64,000 nucleotides of DNA from Betaproteobacteria bacterium. Its GTDB lineage: Bacteria; Pseudomonadota; Gammaproteobacteria; Burkholderiales; Thiobacillaceae. The notes beneath the pieces were generated by a model. That model had not been told where the DNA came from and did not search any database. It worked only from the letters and a program-made list of their open reading frames with translations. The translations under genes and the position numbers were made by a program. The DNA is taken from NCBI GenBank assembly GCA_016219425.1, contig JACRNB010000008.1, positions 39,248-103,247 on the forward strand, in the 5' to 3' direction. Position 1 is the first letter of the stretch. Each line of letters opens with the position of its first letter. Shown piece by piece: positions 36,397-45,095 of the stretch.

Positions 36397-37763
36397 CCTT
36401 CCTGAATTGTCACTGCTGCCCGCAGCGTGCGGACGCGGCGCTTCGTTTTCGGGGCGGCATAGCGCGAATCCTCATCGTCATCCTCACCCCACACTATTGT
36501 CTTTCCATCCTTAAACCACTTACGTGTTCGGACATGCGACTGAAGATAGATCAACCGGTAGCCCTCACGAGCCTCCTGAAATGATTGCCAACCTCTGCCC
36601 TTGAGCCGATCAAGCGCTCCCGCAGCGACTTGGCCAGCCACAAACCCGAGCCGAATGGGAACAGCGTTACCAATCTGCGTGTACTGCTCTGCTAGGGTTC
36701 CCTTGAATATCCAGGTATCCGGAAATTCCTGCACCCTCGCGTACTCACGGACTGAAAGCGCACGCGTCTCTGTGGGGTGGCAAAGTGAAGTGCTTGCATG
36801 GTTCGGCAGAGTCACTAGGGTCGGGCATGGCAATTCCATGGTGAGTCTTCGCCACCAACCAGAGCGTCCACCCTTTGCAAACCAGGCATTTCCCATCGAC
36901 TCTTGCTGAAGACCGGTCGGCAAGCTGCGCCAGTTCGAGCCTGGAGGGATAAGAGCCAAAAAGGCCTTTTTCCGCTCGCTGAAATCGAGAACGGTCGGGC
37001 GGTCTTCGTTCAAGTCGCTGAGTGCGTCGCCCAAGGTCCGCCACGGCTGAAGCACTGGACTCGGGTCATCCAGCAGAAGCACATGTTGGGTAGTCTCCCG
37101 ACAAAACTTGGAATCCATCGGATTGCCGTGCGTTGGCTGAGGGAAATCGATCTGGGCGTTGTATCGGTTCCCGATAAACAGCACCCGCTCCCGGATTTGG
37201 GGGGCGCCATAGTTCACGGAGTTAACTTCAAAGGCATCCATGTGATACGAAGCGCCCTCAAGCGCCTGCAGATCCCGCGCGAACATCTGGACAACAGAAC
37301 CAGGTTCTTCGTCAGGCTCCAAGGGACGTAGCTTTCGCTCACAGATAGGGCGATGCCTCAGCGCGGCGGAAATCAGGCCACGCACGTTTTCCATGACAAA
37401 TATCTTCGGGCGCATCACTTCAACAAATCGAAGGAACTGCCAAAGAAGCGTCCCACGCGGATCTTGGGTGGCGCCACGCCTACCCGCAGTGCTGAAAGCC
37501 TGGCAAGGCGGCCCGCCTATCAGAACGTCCAGTTCGCCCGGACGAATTCCAACAGCCTTCATAACTTCGACGGGGTCGATATCGTTGATGTCACCCGCAA
37601 ATACCTTCGTATTGCCGCCGAGCGATGCGACGTTGTGGCGAATCGTCCCGCAGAACGCGGGGTTCTTTTCCACGACGGCTAACAACTCGAACCGACCGGT
37701 CTTGTGCATGCCGATGTCGAGGCCCATTGCGCCGGAGAACAAAGATATGCTCTTGTATTTCAT
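36393..37763 (-). CDS. dcm: DNA (cytosine-5)-methyltransferase
   Basis: Motif I SLFSGAMGLDIG, motif IV GGPPCQAFS, motif VI FVMENVRGL, motif VIII QIRERV and motif X QIGNAVP. An alternative upstream ATG is at 37841. Confidence 0.9.
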   Translation of the reverse strand: MKYKSISLFSGAMGLDIGMHKTGRFELLAVVEKNPAFCGTIRHNVASLGGNTKVFAGDINDIDPVEVMKAVGIRPGELDVLIGGPPCQAFSTAGRRGATQDPRGTLLWQFLRFVEVMRPKIFVMENVRGLISAALRHRPICERKLRPLEPDEEPGSVVQMFARDLQALEGASYHMDAFEVNSVNYGAPQIRERVLFIGNRYNAQIDFPQPTHGNPMDSKFCRETTQHVLLLDDPSPVLQPWRTLGDALSDLNEDRPTVLDFSERKKAFLALIPPGSNWRSLPTGLQQESMGNAWFAKGGRSGWWRRLTMELPCPTLVTLPNHASTSLCHPTETRALSVREYARVQEFPDTWIFKGTLAEQYTQIGNAVPIRLGFVAGQVAAGALDRLKGRGWQSFQEAREGYRLIYLQSHVRTRKWFKDGKTIVWGEDDDEDSRYAAPKTKRRVRTLRAAVTIQEG

Positions 37764-37919
37764 GCTGTTTTGACCCTGGTTATCTGCCCCGCTGGCATAA
37801 ATCACCAAAAAGTCGAGTTTGGACGCAAATTTGGCACGCAACAGAACTCAGGGGAATACCCAATTGTTCAGCCATCACCCGCACGCCCAGCCTTAATGAT
37901 GATTTGTAAGCATTCCGCC

Positions 37920-38270
37920 CTATTCGCAATCCACCACCACAATCCGGCAGTTGCTGTGCCCGCAGTTGTCCATAGCCATGGTCTGGGCCTCAGCGGCGGA
38001 GACGCCCCAGCCAACGCCGTAGTACTTCAACGACGCCGCGTAGGCGCCGCACTTGTCGAAGCGGGCCACCACCTTGCAGTGCTCATTGCTCTTTTTGCAC
38101 TCCGCCAGGGCTGCTACCGCCGCCTCGTCCCGGCTACCGTAACCGTAGACTAGGCCGTAGCCCGGCTCCTTGTCGCCGACCTCGTCGTCCACCGCGATCG
38201 CCCCGGCGGAAAAAGCGGTAGGGCTCAACAGCGTCAGTGCCAATGCCAGGGTACATGCGGGAAGTTTCAT
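37920..38270 (-). CDS. DUF4189-like secreted Cys-containing protein
   Basis: Signal peptide, then GAIAVD...GYGLVYGY.S..EA...AL..C......C.VV..F..CGA.A......GVGWG.S..EA...A...C. ...C. Confidence 0.7.
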   Translation of the reverse strand: MKLPACTLALALTLLSPTAFSAGAIAVDDEVGDKEPGYGLVYGYGSRDEAAVAALAECKKSNEHCKVVARFDKCGAYAASLKYYGVGWGVSAAEAQTMAMDNCGHSNCRIVVVDCE

Positions 38271-38502
38271 CGTTTGCCTTTCGTTTAACAGAGGGAAATC
38301 CAGCGGGTGAGTGCCATGGTACGCCCCGAGCCCGATGTGAAGGCGCTACATCCCGGAATCTGGATTCCCTTCCGCGTGGAAATGCCCCCCGCAGACGAAC
38401 CGATACTCTCCGAGCAGCGTGCGCATCGCCCCAGAGTTCAAGCACAATCCGCCGCAACGCCAACAACCACCCGCCGCCAGGCAGGTCTAATCGAGGAGCC
38501 CC

Positions 38503-39996
38503 ATGTCTCTAGCCGTAGTCCGCAGCCGCGCCCTGGCCGGGATGGAGGCCCCGGAGGTGGTGGTGGAGGCGCATCTGGCCAACGGCCTGCCGTCCTTCAC
38601 CCTGGTGGGCCTGCCCGAGGCGGAGGTGAAGGAGGCGCGCGACCGGGTGCGCGCGGCGATCACGCAGTCCGGCTTTGACTTCCCCGGCAAGCGCATCACC
38701 GTCAACCTTGCCCCCGCCGATCTGCCCAAGGAGTCCGGGCGTTTCGATCTGCCCATCGCCATCGGTCTGCTCGCCGCTTCCGGGCAGATTCCGCCCAACC
38801 GTCTGGAGGAATACGAGTTCGCCGGGGAGCTGGCGCTGACCGGGGCCTTGCGCCCGGTGCGCGGGGCGCTGGCGATGATGTTGTCGGCGCGCGCGGGCGG
38901 ACGCGCCTTTCTCCTGCCCGCCGAGAACGCGGCGGAGGCGGCGCGGGTGCAGGGGGCGCAGGTGTACGGCGCGGCCTCGCTCGGGGCGGTGTGTGCGCAC
39001 CTGATGGGGCGCGAACTCCTGTCTCCGGCGCAAGCCGGGGCGGTGCACGAAGCGCCGGATTACCCCGATCTGGCCGACGTGAAGGGTCAGCAGACGGCGC
39101 GCCGGGCGCTGGAGGTGGCGGCGGCAGGCGGACATTCCCTGCTCATGAGCGGCCCGCCGGGTACGGGCAAGTCCATGCTGGCGCAGCGTCTGCCGGGCAT
39201 CCTGCCGCCCATGACCGAGGCGGAGGCGCTGGAATCCGCCGCCGTGCTGTCGCTCACCGGGGCGTTCCGCGCCGCGGCCTGGGGGCGGCGCGTCATGCGC
39301 GCGCCGCACCACTCCGCCTCCGGGGTGGCTCTGGTGGGCGGGGGTAACCCGCCGCGCCCGGGTGAGGTGAGCCAGGCGACGCACGGCATCCTGTTTCTCG
39401 ATGAGTTGCCGGAGTTCGACCGCAAGGCGCTGGAGGTGCTGCGCGAGCCGCTGGAAAACGGGCGCATCACCATCTCGCGCGCGGCGCGTCAGGCGGACTT
39501 TCCCGCGCGCTTCCAGTTGGTGGCGGCGATGAATCCTTGCCCCTGCGGTTTTCTCGGGCATCCGTCGGGCCGGTGCCGCTGTTCGCCGGAGCAGGTGGCG
39601 CGTTATCGCTCGCGCCTGTCCGGGCCGCTGCTGGACCGCATTGATCTGCACATCGAGGTGCCGGCCTTGCCGGAGGCGGACCTCACCGCCGCTTCCGCCG
39701 GGGAGGCCTCCCTGGTCGTGCGCGCCCGCGTGGCGCTGGCGCGGGAACGCCAGTTGGCGCGCCAGGGCAAACCCAATTCGCAGCTCGCGGGCAAGGAGAT
39801 CGAGCGCCATTGCGCCCTGGACGGGGCCGCGCAGGGCTTGCTGAAACAGGCCATCGCCCGCCTCAATCTGTCCGCCCGCGGCTATCACCGCATCCTGCGC
39901 GTGGCGCGCACGGTGGCGGATCTGGCCGGGGCGGATCGCCTCAACGCCGCCCAGGTCGCCGAGGCGGTGCAGTACCGCCGTCTGGCCCAACCCTGA
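38503..39996 (+). CDS. comM: YifB/ComM Mg-chelatase-like AAA ATPase
   Basis: N-terminal Lon-protease-like fold (VEAHLANGLPSFTLVGLP), Walker A GPPGTGKSMLA, Walker B ILFLDELPEF, and C..C..CRCS. Confidence 0.92.
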   Translation: MSLAVVRSRALAGMEAPEVVVEAHLANGLPSFTLVGLPEAEVKEARDRVRAAITQSGFDFPGKRITVNLAPADLPKESGRFDLPIAIGLLAASGQIPPNRLEEYEFAGELALTGALRPVRGALAMMLSARAGGRAFLLPAENAAEAARVQGAQVYGAASLGAVCAHLMGRELLSPAQAGAVHEAPDYPDLADVKGQQTARRALEVAAAGGHSLLMSGPPGTGKSMLAQRLPGILPPMTEAEALESAAVLSLTGAFRAAAWGRRVMRAPHHSASGVALVGGGNPPRPGEVSQATHGILFLDELPEFDRKALEVLREPLENGRITISRAARQADFPARFQLVAAMNPCPCGFLGHPSGRCRCSPEQVARYRSRLSGPLLDRIDLHIEVPALPEADLTAASAGEASLVVRARVALARERQLARQGKPNSQLAGKEIERHCALDGAAQGLLKQAIARLNLSARGYHRILRVARTVADLAGADRLNAAQVAEAVQYRRLAQP

Positions 39997-40005
39997 GGCC
40001 AACCC

Positions 40006-41031
40006 ATGAGCGCCCTGGATAGCTGGTACGAGGAAAAACAGGCGGCCTGGCTCTATCGCATCGTCTCCGATGCCGAGTCCGGCACGGCGCGCCAGGTGCT
40101 GTTTCTGGAGCTGGCGCAGGCGGCGGAGAAACAGGCGGCGATCTGGGCGGATACGGTGGTGCGTGCGGGCGGCGAGTTACCGCTTTTCAAGCCGGATCTG
40201 CGGGCAAGACTGGTGGGGCGGCTGATCCCGCGCCTGGGCGTGCGCCCCCTGCGCGGGGTGCTGGCGGCGATGAAGGTGCGCGGCATGAGCCTGTATCAGG
40301 GCGGCGCCGCGTCCTATCCCGCGACGGGGGAGGGGCACAAGGAGCGCCGCCACGGCCACTCCGGCCACGGCAATCTGCGCGCGGCGGTGTTCGGCGTGAA
40401 CGATGGCCTGGTCTCCAACGCCAGCCTGATCCTGGGCGTGGCGGGGGCGGGGGCGGCCCCCGGCGTGGTGGCGCTTTCGGGCGTGGCGGGGCTGCTGGCG
40501 GGGGCGTTTTCCATGGCGGCGGGGGAGTACGTGTCGGTGCGCTCGCAACGCGAGTTTTACGAGTACCAGATCACCCTGGAGCGCGAGGAGCTGGACGAAT
40601 ACCCGCAGGAGGAGGCCGCCGAACTGGCCCTGATCTATGAGGCCAAGGGCATCCCTGCGGCGGATGCGCGACGCATGGCGGACGCCCTGTTGCAAGACCC
40701 GGATCGCGCCCTCGATACCCTGGCGCGCGAGGAGTTGGGCCTCAACCCGGAGGAGCTGGGCTCACCCTGGGGGGCGGCGCTTTCCTCCTTCTTCGCCTTC
40801 GCCATCGGTGCGTCGATTCCGTTGCTGCCCTGGCTGCTGCTGTCCGCCGCCATCGCCCTGGCGGGCGCGTTGACGGCGTCCGCCATCGCCCTGTTCGGGG
40901 TGGGGGCGGCCATCAGCCTGTTTACCGGGCGTCACGCCCTCGTCGGCGGCCTGCGCATGCTTGCCATCGGCGGCGCGGCGGGCGCGGCGACCTGGCTCAT
41001 CGGGCGCGGGCTGGGGGTGGCGCTCGGCTAG
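40006..41031 (+). CDS. VIT1/CCC1-family transporter with N-terminal ferritin-like domain
   Basis: LRAAVFGVNDGLVSNASLILGVAG, then a C-terminal TM bundle. Confidence 0.7.
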   Translation: MSALDSWYEEKQAAWLYRIVSDAESGTARQVLFLELAQAAEKQAAIWADTVVRAGGELPLFKPDLRARLVGRLIPRLGVRPLRGVLAAMKVRGMSLYQGGAASYPATGEGHKERRHGHSGHGNLRAAVFGVNDGLVSNASLILGVAGAGAAPGVVALSGVAGLLAGAFSMAAGEYVSVRSQREFYEYQITLEREELDEYPQEEAAELALIYEAKGIPAADARRMADALLQDPDRALDTLAREELGLNPEELGSPWGAALSSFFAFAIGASIPLLPWLLLSAAIALAGALTASAIALFGVGAAISLFTGRHALVGGLRMLAIGGAAGAATWLIGRGLGVALG

Positions 41032-41065
41032 AATCCGGGCCTCTTCTCCCCCGTTCGCCGCCGCC

Positions 41066-41893
41066 ATGCGTACCTTCAGCATCGAGTTTTTCCCGCCCAA
41101 GACCCCGGAGGGGGTGACCAAGCTGCGCGATGTGCATATGCAGTTGGCGCGCCTGAATCCGCGCTTTTTCTCCGTGACCTTCGGCGCCGGCGGCTCCACG
41201 CGCGACCGCACCCTGGAGACGGTGATGGAGATCCAGGCCGCCGGGTCCGCCGCCGCGCCGCACCTGTCCTGCGTCGGCTCCACGCGCGAGAACCTCCGCG
41301 ACATCCTCGCCACCTACAAATCCCACGGCATCCGCCACATCGTCGCCTTGCGCGGCGATCTGCCCTCGGGCATGGCCGAGACCGGGGAGTTCCGCTACGC
41401 CAACGAGCTGGTGGAGTTCATCCGCGCCGAGACCGGCGATTGGTTCGAGATCGAGGTGGCGGCCTACCCCGAGGTGCATCCGCAGGCGAAGGGCTACCGC
41501 GACGATCTGGTCAATTTCAAACGCAAGGTGGACGCGGGGGCCAACGCGGCCATCACCCAGTACTTCTTCAATCCCGACGCCTATTTCAATTTCATGGATG
41601 AGTGCGCGGCCCTGGGCATTTCCATCCCCATCGTGCCGGGCATCATGCCCATCTCCAACTACAGCCAGTTGGCGCGCTTTTCCTCCATGTGCGGCGCGGA
41701 GATCCCGCGCTGGCTGGCAAAGCGGCTGGAGAGTTATCTGGATGACACCGCTTCGATCCGCGCCTTTGGCCTGGATTTCATCGCCAGCCTGTGCGAACGC
41801 CTGTTGGCGGGGGGTGCGCCGGGGCTGCATTTCTATTCCATGAACCAGTCCGCGCTGACCTCCGCCCTGTGGCAGCGCCTCGACCTCAAGTGA
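41066..41893 (+). CDS. metF: 5,10-methylenetetrahydrofolate reductase
   Basis: FSIEFFPPKT..FFSVTFGAGGSTR..HLSCVG..ALRGD..TQYFFN. Confidence 0.93.
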   Translation: MRTFSIEFFPPKTPEGVTKLRDVHMQLARLNPRFFSVTFGAGGSTRDRTLETVMEIQAAGSAAAPHLSCVGSTRENLRDILATYKSHGIRHIVALRGDLPSGMAETGEFRYANELVEFIRAETGDWFEIEVAAYPEVHPQAKGYRDDLVNFKRKVDAGANAAITQYFFNPDAYFNFMDECAALGISIPIVPGIMPISNYSQLARFSSMCGAEIPRWLAKRLESYLDDTASIRAFGLDFIASLCERLLAGGAPGLHFYSMNQSALTSALWQRLDLK

Positions 41894-41903
41894 GCGTATC
41901 CCG

Positions 41904-42443
41904 ATGAAAACCGCCGCCCTGCTGTGCCTTGTCCTGGGACTGATCGCCGGCCCGGCCTACTGGGTGACGGCCAAGTTCTTCACCGGGGAGCGTCTGGCGA
42001 TGCTGGACCTGAAACGGGTCGATGCCGCCGCCGGCGTCTGGCGCAGCGCGGAGTTCCGCCTGGAGCCGGGCATGGCCCCGGCGGGCCTGGTCCTGCATGT
42101 GGAGACCAGCAGACCGGGCGGGCTGGATGAGAACGTGACCTTGAACAATCACTTTCTGGTCACCCTGTCCCGCGATGGCGAGAAGGCGAAGCCCCTGGGC
42201 GTGAGTCAGAAGGCCGCCGGCGCCGCCGGGCCCGCCCCGACGTTCCGCGAGCATCTGTTGTATTTCAAGGAGGTGCTGCCGGGTGCCTACCAACTGGAGG
42301 TCCAGTCCCGCACCGCGCCGGAACTGCCGGTCACCGCCCTGCGCCTGGAGGTGCGCCAGCACCTGCACGAACCCGAAAGCCGCATCGTCACCGGCGGCAT
42401 GGTGCTGATGATGGTGGGGATTCTGACCCTGGTGGCGCTGTAA
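41904..42443 (+). CDS. Hypothetical membrane-anchored protein
   Basis: N- and C-terminal hydrophobic helices. 10 nt after the metF stop. Its stop codon TAA coincides with the putative target-site duplication of the adjacent MITE. Confidence 0.45.
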   Translation: MKTAALLCLVLGLIAGPAYWVTAKFFTGERLAMLDLKRVDAAAGVWRSAEFRLEPGMAPAGLVLHVETSRPGGLDENVTLNNHFLVTLSRDGEKAKPLGVSQKAAGAAGPAPTFREHLLYFKEVLPGAYQLEVQSRTAPELPVTALRLEVRQHLHEPESRIVTGGMVLMMVGILTLVAL

Positions 42444-42680
42444 CCCTAGAAACCTCAGTTGACCGCTCCTTGCCCCTCGTGAGGGCGCATGGGCGCAGGC
42501 GTTTGCGCCTCCGGGGAGGGCTCACCCATTGGGTGGGGCCGCTACGCACCCGATTGCACGGTTTTCGCGCCGCCTGGCCGCGTTGCTCCTCCTTGCGGGG
42601 CCGGCCCCGCCGCGTCGTCGCGCCTTGCCAGGCGGCGCGAAAACCGCACACTCGGGCGCGTCCAACTGAGGTTTCTAGGG
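42444..42680. mobile_element. MITE-like element (~237 bp), 18-bp perfect terminal inverted repeats, flanked by TAA on both sides
   Basis: Left end ccctagaaacctcagttg (42444-42461). Right end caactgaggtttctaggg (42663-42680). Flanking taa at 42441-43 and 42681-83. Internal 19-bp inverted repeat cggttttcgcgccgcctgg/ccaggcggcgcgaaaaccg. No transposase. Confidence 0.6.
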
Positions 42681-42698
42681 TAACGCGCCAATCGCCCG

Positions 42699-43403
42699 CT
42701 ACCCGTCCGCCAGTCGCGCCAGATCAGCGGTCTCCAGCCAGCGCCACTCCCCTGCGGGCAGGTCATCGGGCAGTTTCAGGCCGCCCACCTGCACCCGCCG
42801 CAGGTCTTCCACCCGGTTTCCCGCCGCGGCCACCATGCGCTTGACCTGGTGATAACGCCCCTCCGTCACAGTCAGCAGAAACACCCGTTCCGATATGCGC
42901 TCGCAGGCGGAAGCCGCTACCGGCTCCGTCGCATCGTGCAGCAGCACGCCGGTGCGCAGGGCCGCCAGTTGCTCGTCCGCCATGGGGTGCTTGGCGTGTA
43001 CCTCGTAGACCTTGGCCACTTTGCGTTTGGGGGCGATCAGGTTGTGGATGAAGACGCCGTCGTCCGACAGCAACAGCAGGCCGGTGGTGTCTTCGTCCAG
43101 GCGCCCTACCGGCTGCACCCCGCGGGTCAGGAGGGGGGAGGGCAGCAGGGAGAGCACGCCAGGATGGTCGCGCGGGGCGCGCGAACATTCGTATCCCGTC
43201 GGCTTGTGCAGCATCAGGTAGGCCTTTTCGCGGTAGCGCCAGGGCTGGCCGTCCACGCTGAATTCCAGGCCTTCGGGGTCGCATTCCAGAAACGGGTCGT
43301 CGCAGGGCTGGCCCCGGACGCTGACCGCTTCGGCGCGGATCAGGGCGCGGCAGACCTTGCGGCTGCCAAAACCCTGGGATTGAAGGAGACGTTCAAGTTG
43401 CAT
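42699..43403 (-). CDS. rsuA: 16S rRNA pseudouridine synthase (RsuA family)
   Basis: S4 domain MQLERLLQSQGFGSRK, then the catalytic GRLDEDTTGLLLLSDDG. The longer track ORF overlaps gluQ and was trimmed. Confidence 0.85.
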   Translation of the reverse strand: MQLERLLQSQGFGSRKVCRALIRAEAVSVRGQPCDDPFLECDPEGLEFSVDGQPWRYREKAYLMLHKPTGYECSRAPRDHPGVLSLLPSPLLTRGVQPVGRLDEDTTGLLLLSDDGVFIHNLIAPKRKVAKVYEVHAKHPMADEQLAALRTGVLLHDATEPVAASACERISERVFLLTVTEGRYHQVKRMVAAAGNRVEDLRRVQVGGLKLPDDLPAGEWRWLETADLARLADG

Positions 43404-43411
43404 GGGTGGCC

Positions 43412-44377
43412 TTATGGGGACATGCGCCGCCCGCGGATCGGGGGGCGTGTGGTGGTGCGCCAAAGCGGCGCGGCGAGTTGCCAGAATTCGGCGAGAGTAC
43501 CCGCCGCCCCGACTTCCAGGCCAAGAAATCGCGCCGCCCGCTGTAAACCCTGGAGCGGATGGGCATCGTCCAGAGGCGTGGCGAGGGTCTGTTTGGATAG
43601 CTTTTCGCCCCGCTCGTCCAGCGCCACGGGCAGGTGTAGATAGGCTGGAACAGGGTGGCCCAGGGCTTGTTGAAGGGCAATGTGGCGGGGGGTGGAGGTG
43701 AGCAGATCCGCACCCCGCACCACATGGGTGATGCCCTGGTCGGCGTCGTCCACCACCACCGCCAGGTGGTAGGCGTAGACGCCATCGGCCCGGCGCAGGA
43801 CGAAGTCGCCGCATTCCGCCGCCAGATCACAACCGACCCGGCCCAACAGGCCGTCGCTGAATTGAATGCGCCGGTCGGGTACGCGAAAGCGCAGCGCCGT
43901 ACCCGTCCGCGGGGGATGGCCGCGACACGCGCCGGGGTAGATCGGGCCGTCCACCCCCATCCGTGCAGTCTCGGCGAGGGTCTTGCGGCTGCATGTGCAG
44001 CCATACACCCGACCCGCCTGGAGCAACCGGTCCAGCGCGGCGTGATAGGCCTCCCCCCGCCGGCTCTGGACCAGAACGGGATGAGACCATTCGAAACCGT
44101 AGGCCTCCAGGCTGTGCAGGATGGCGTCCGCTGCACCCGGTACGACTCTGGGCGGGTCCACGTCCTCCATCCGCACCAGCCATTCTCCCCCCCGCGCGCG
44201 CGCATCCAGATAGCTGCCCAGAGCAGCCACCAGGGAGCCGAAATGCAGGGGACCGGAGGGAGTGGGGGCGAAGCGGCCCCGGTAAGCGGGTTGGGACAAT
44301 TCAGGGGAACGGGGAGAGGCCGGGAAAAGCCTTTGTTGACGCAGCAAAATCGCGCCAATTATAGTGACCCCATGCAA
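43412..44377 (-). CDS. gluQ: tRNA glutamyl-Q(34) synthetase
   Basis: YRGRFAPTPSGPLHFGSL (HIGH-like) ..VRMEDVD..VVDD..GITHVVRGADL..LSKQ. The true start is probably downstream of 44377 (for example TTG at 44299), because 44372+ is used by the divergent zapB-like gene. Confidence 0.8.
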   Translation of the reverse strand: MHGVTIIGAILLRQQRLFPASPRSPELSQPAYRGRFAPTPSGPLHFGSLVAALGSYLDARARGGEWLVRMEDVDPPRVVPGAADAILHSLEAYGFEWSHPVLVQSRRGEAYHAALDRLLQAGRVYGCTCSRKTLAETARMGVDGPIYPGACRGHPPRTGTALRFRVPDRRIQFSDGLLGRVGCDLAAECGDFVLRRADGVYAYHLAVVVDDADQGITHVVRGADLLTSTPRHIALQQALGHPVPAYLHLPVALDERGEKLSKQTLATPLDDAHPLQGLQRAARFLGLEVGAAGTLAEFWQLAAPLWRTTTRPPIRGRRMSP

Positions 44378-44563
44378 AATGAACTGGACGCCCTCGAAGT
44401 CAAGCTAGCCCAGGTCCTGGAGCGGTTTCAGGCCATGCGTGAAGAGAACATCCGGTTGCGCCAGCAAGTGGTTTCTCTGGAAAACGCCAATAAACAACTT
44501 CTGGAACGTCAGGCCGAGGCGCGCGCCCGTGTGGAAAGCCTGATGGATCGGATACCGGACTGA
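44372..44563 (+). CDS. ZapB-like coiled-coil protein
   Basis: 63-aa coiled coil (LEVKLAQVLERFQAMREENIRLRQQVVSLENANKQLLER) directly upstream of zapA. Confidence 0.65.
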   Translation: MQNELDALEVKLAQVLERFQAMREENIRLRQQVVSLENANKQLLERQAEARARVESLMDRIPD

Positions 44564-44564
44564 T

Positions 44565-44888
44565 ATGCCCGCCGCCAAGAACGTAAGCCTGGACGTAAGC
44601 ATCATGGGACGCGAATTCCGCGTCGCCTGCCCGGAAGAGGAACGACCCAGCCTGCTGCAGGCGGTCACCTACCTGGATCGCAAGATGCGGGAGATTCGGG
44701 ATTCCGGAAAAATCGTCGGCCTGGAGCGCATCGCCATCATGGCCGCCCTCAACATCGCCCACGATCTGCTCAATTCCAACCCGGCGGGCATGGCCGCCGA
44801 GGTCGCCAACGCGGACCAACTGGCCCGGGTGCAGCGCCTGACCGGCCTGCTGGATCAAGCCCTGGCGCAGCAGGACAATCTTTTCTGA
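44565..44888 (+). CDS. zapA: Cell division protein ZapA
   Basis: VSIMGREFRVACPEEERPSLLQAVTYLDRKMREIR..ERIAIMAALNIAHDLL. Confidence 0.9.
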   Translation: MPAAKNVSLDVSIMGREFRVACPEEERPSLLQAVTYLDRKMREIRDSGKIVGLERIAIMAALNIAHDLLNSNPAGMAAEVANADQLARVQRLTGLLDQALAQQDNLF

Positions 44889-44905
44889 CTGCCGTATCCT
44901 GTACC

Positions 44906-45087
44906 CATCTCCCTGCTGCGTTCGCGAGGGTTGCAAATTCTTTGAACCGATACGCGTAAGCGCAGGTCCGGCAACAAGGCCGCTGGTGTGATCGTGGCTC
45001 GTCCCACGAACCCGAGGCGACTGAGCCGGGCCGACCTTGAACCCCTGGGTTCAAGATAGCTTCCCGGACGGCGTGAGCGGGGAGACC
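44906..45087 (+). ncRNA. ssrS: 6S RNA
   Basis: Conserved zapA-ssrS-ygfA synteny. 5' tctccctgctgcgttcgcgaggg pairs with 3' cccggacggcgtgagcggggaga. The ccttgaacccctgggttcaag hairpin is equivalent to E. coli CCUUGAACCAAGGGUUCAAGG. Length ~182 nt; ends are approximate. Confidence 0.8.
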
Positions 45088-45095
45088 CTCCTTCC

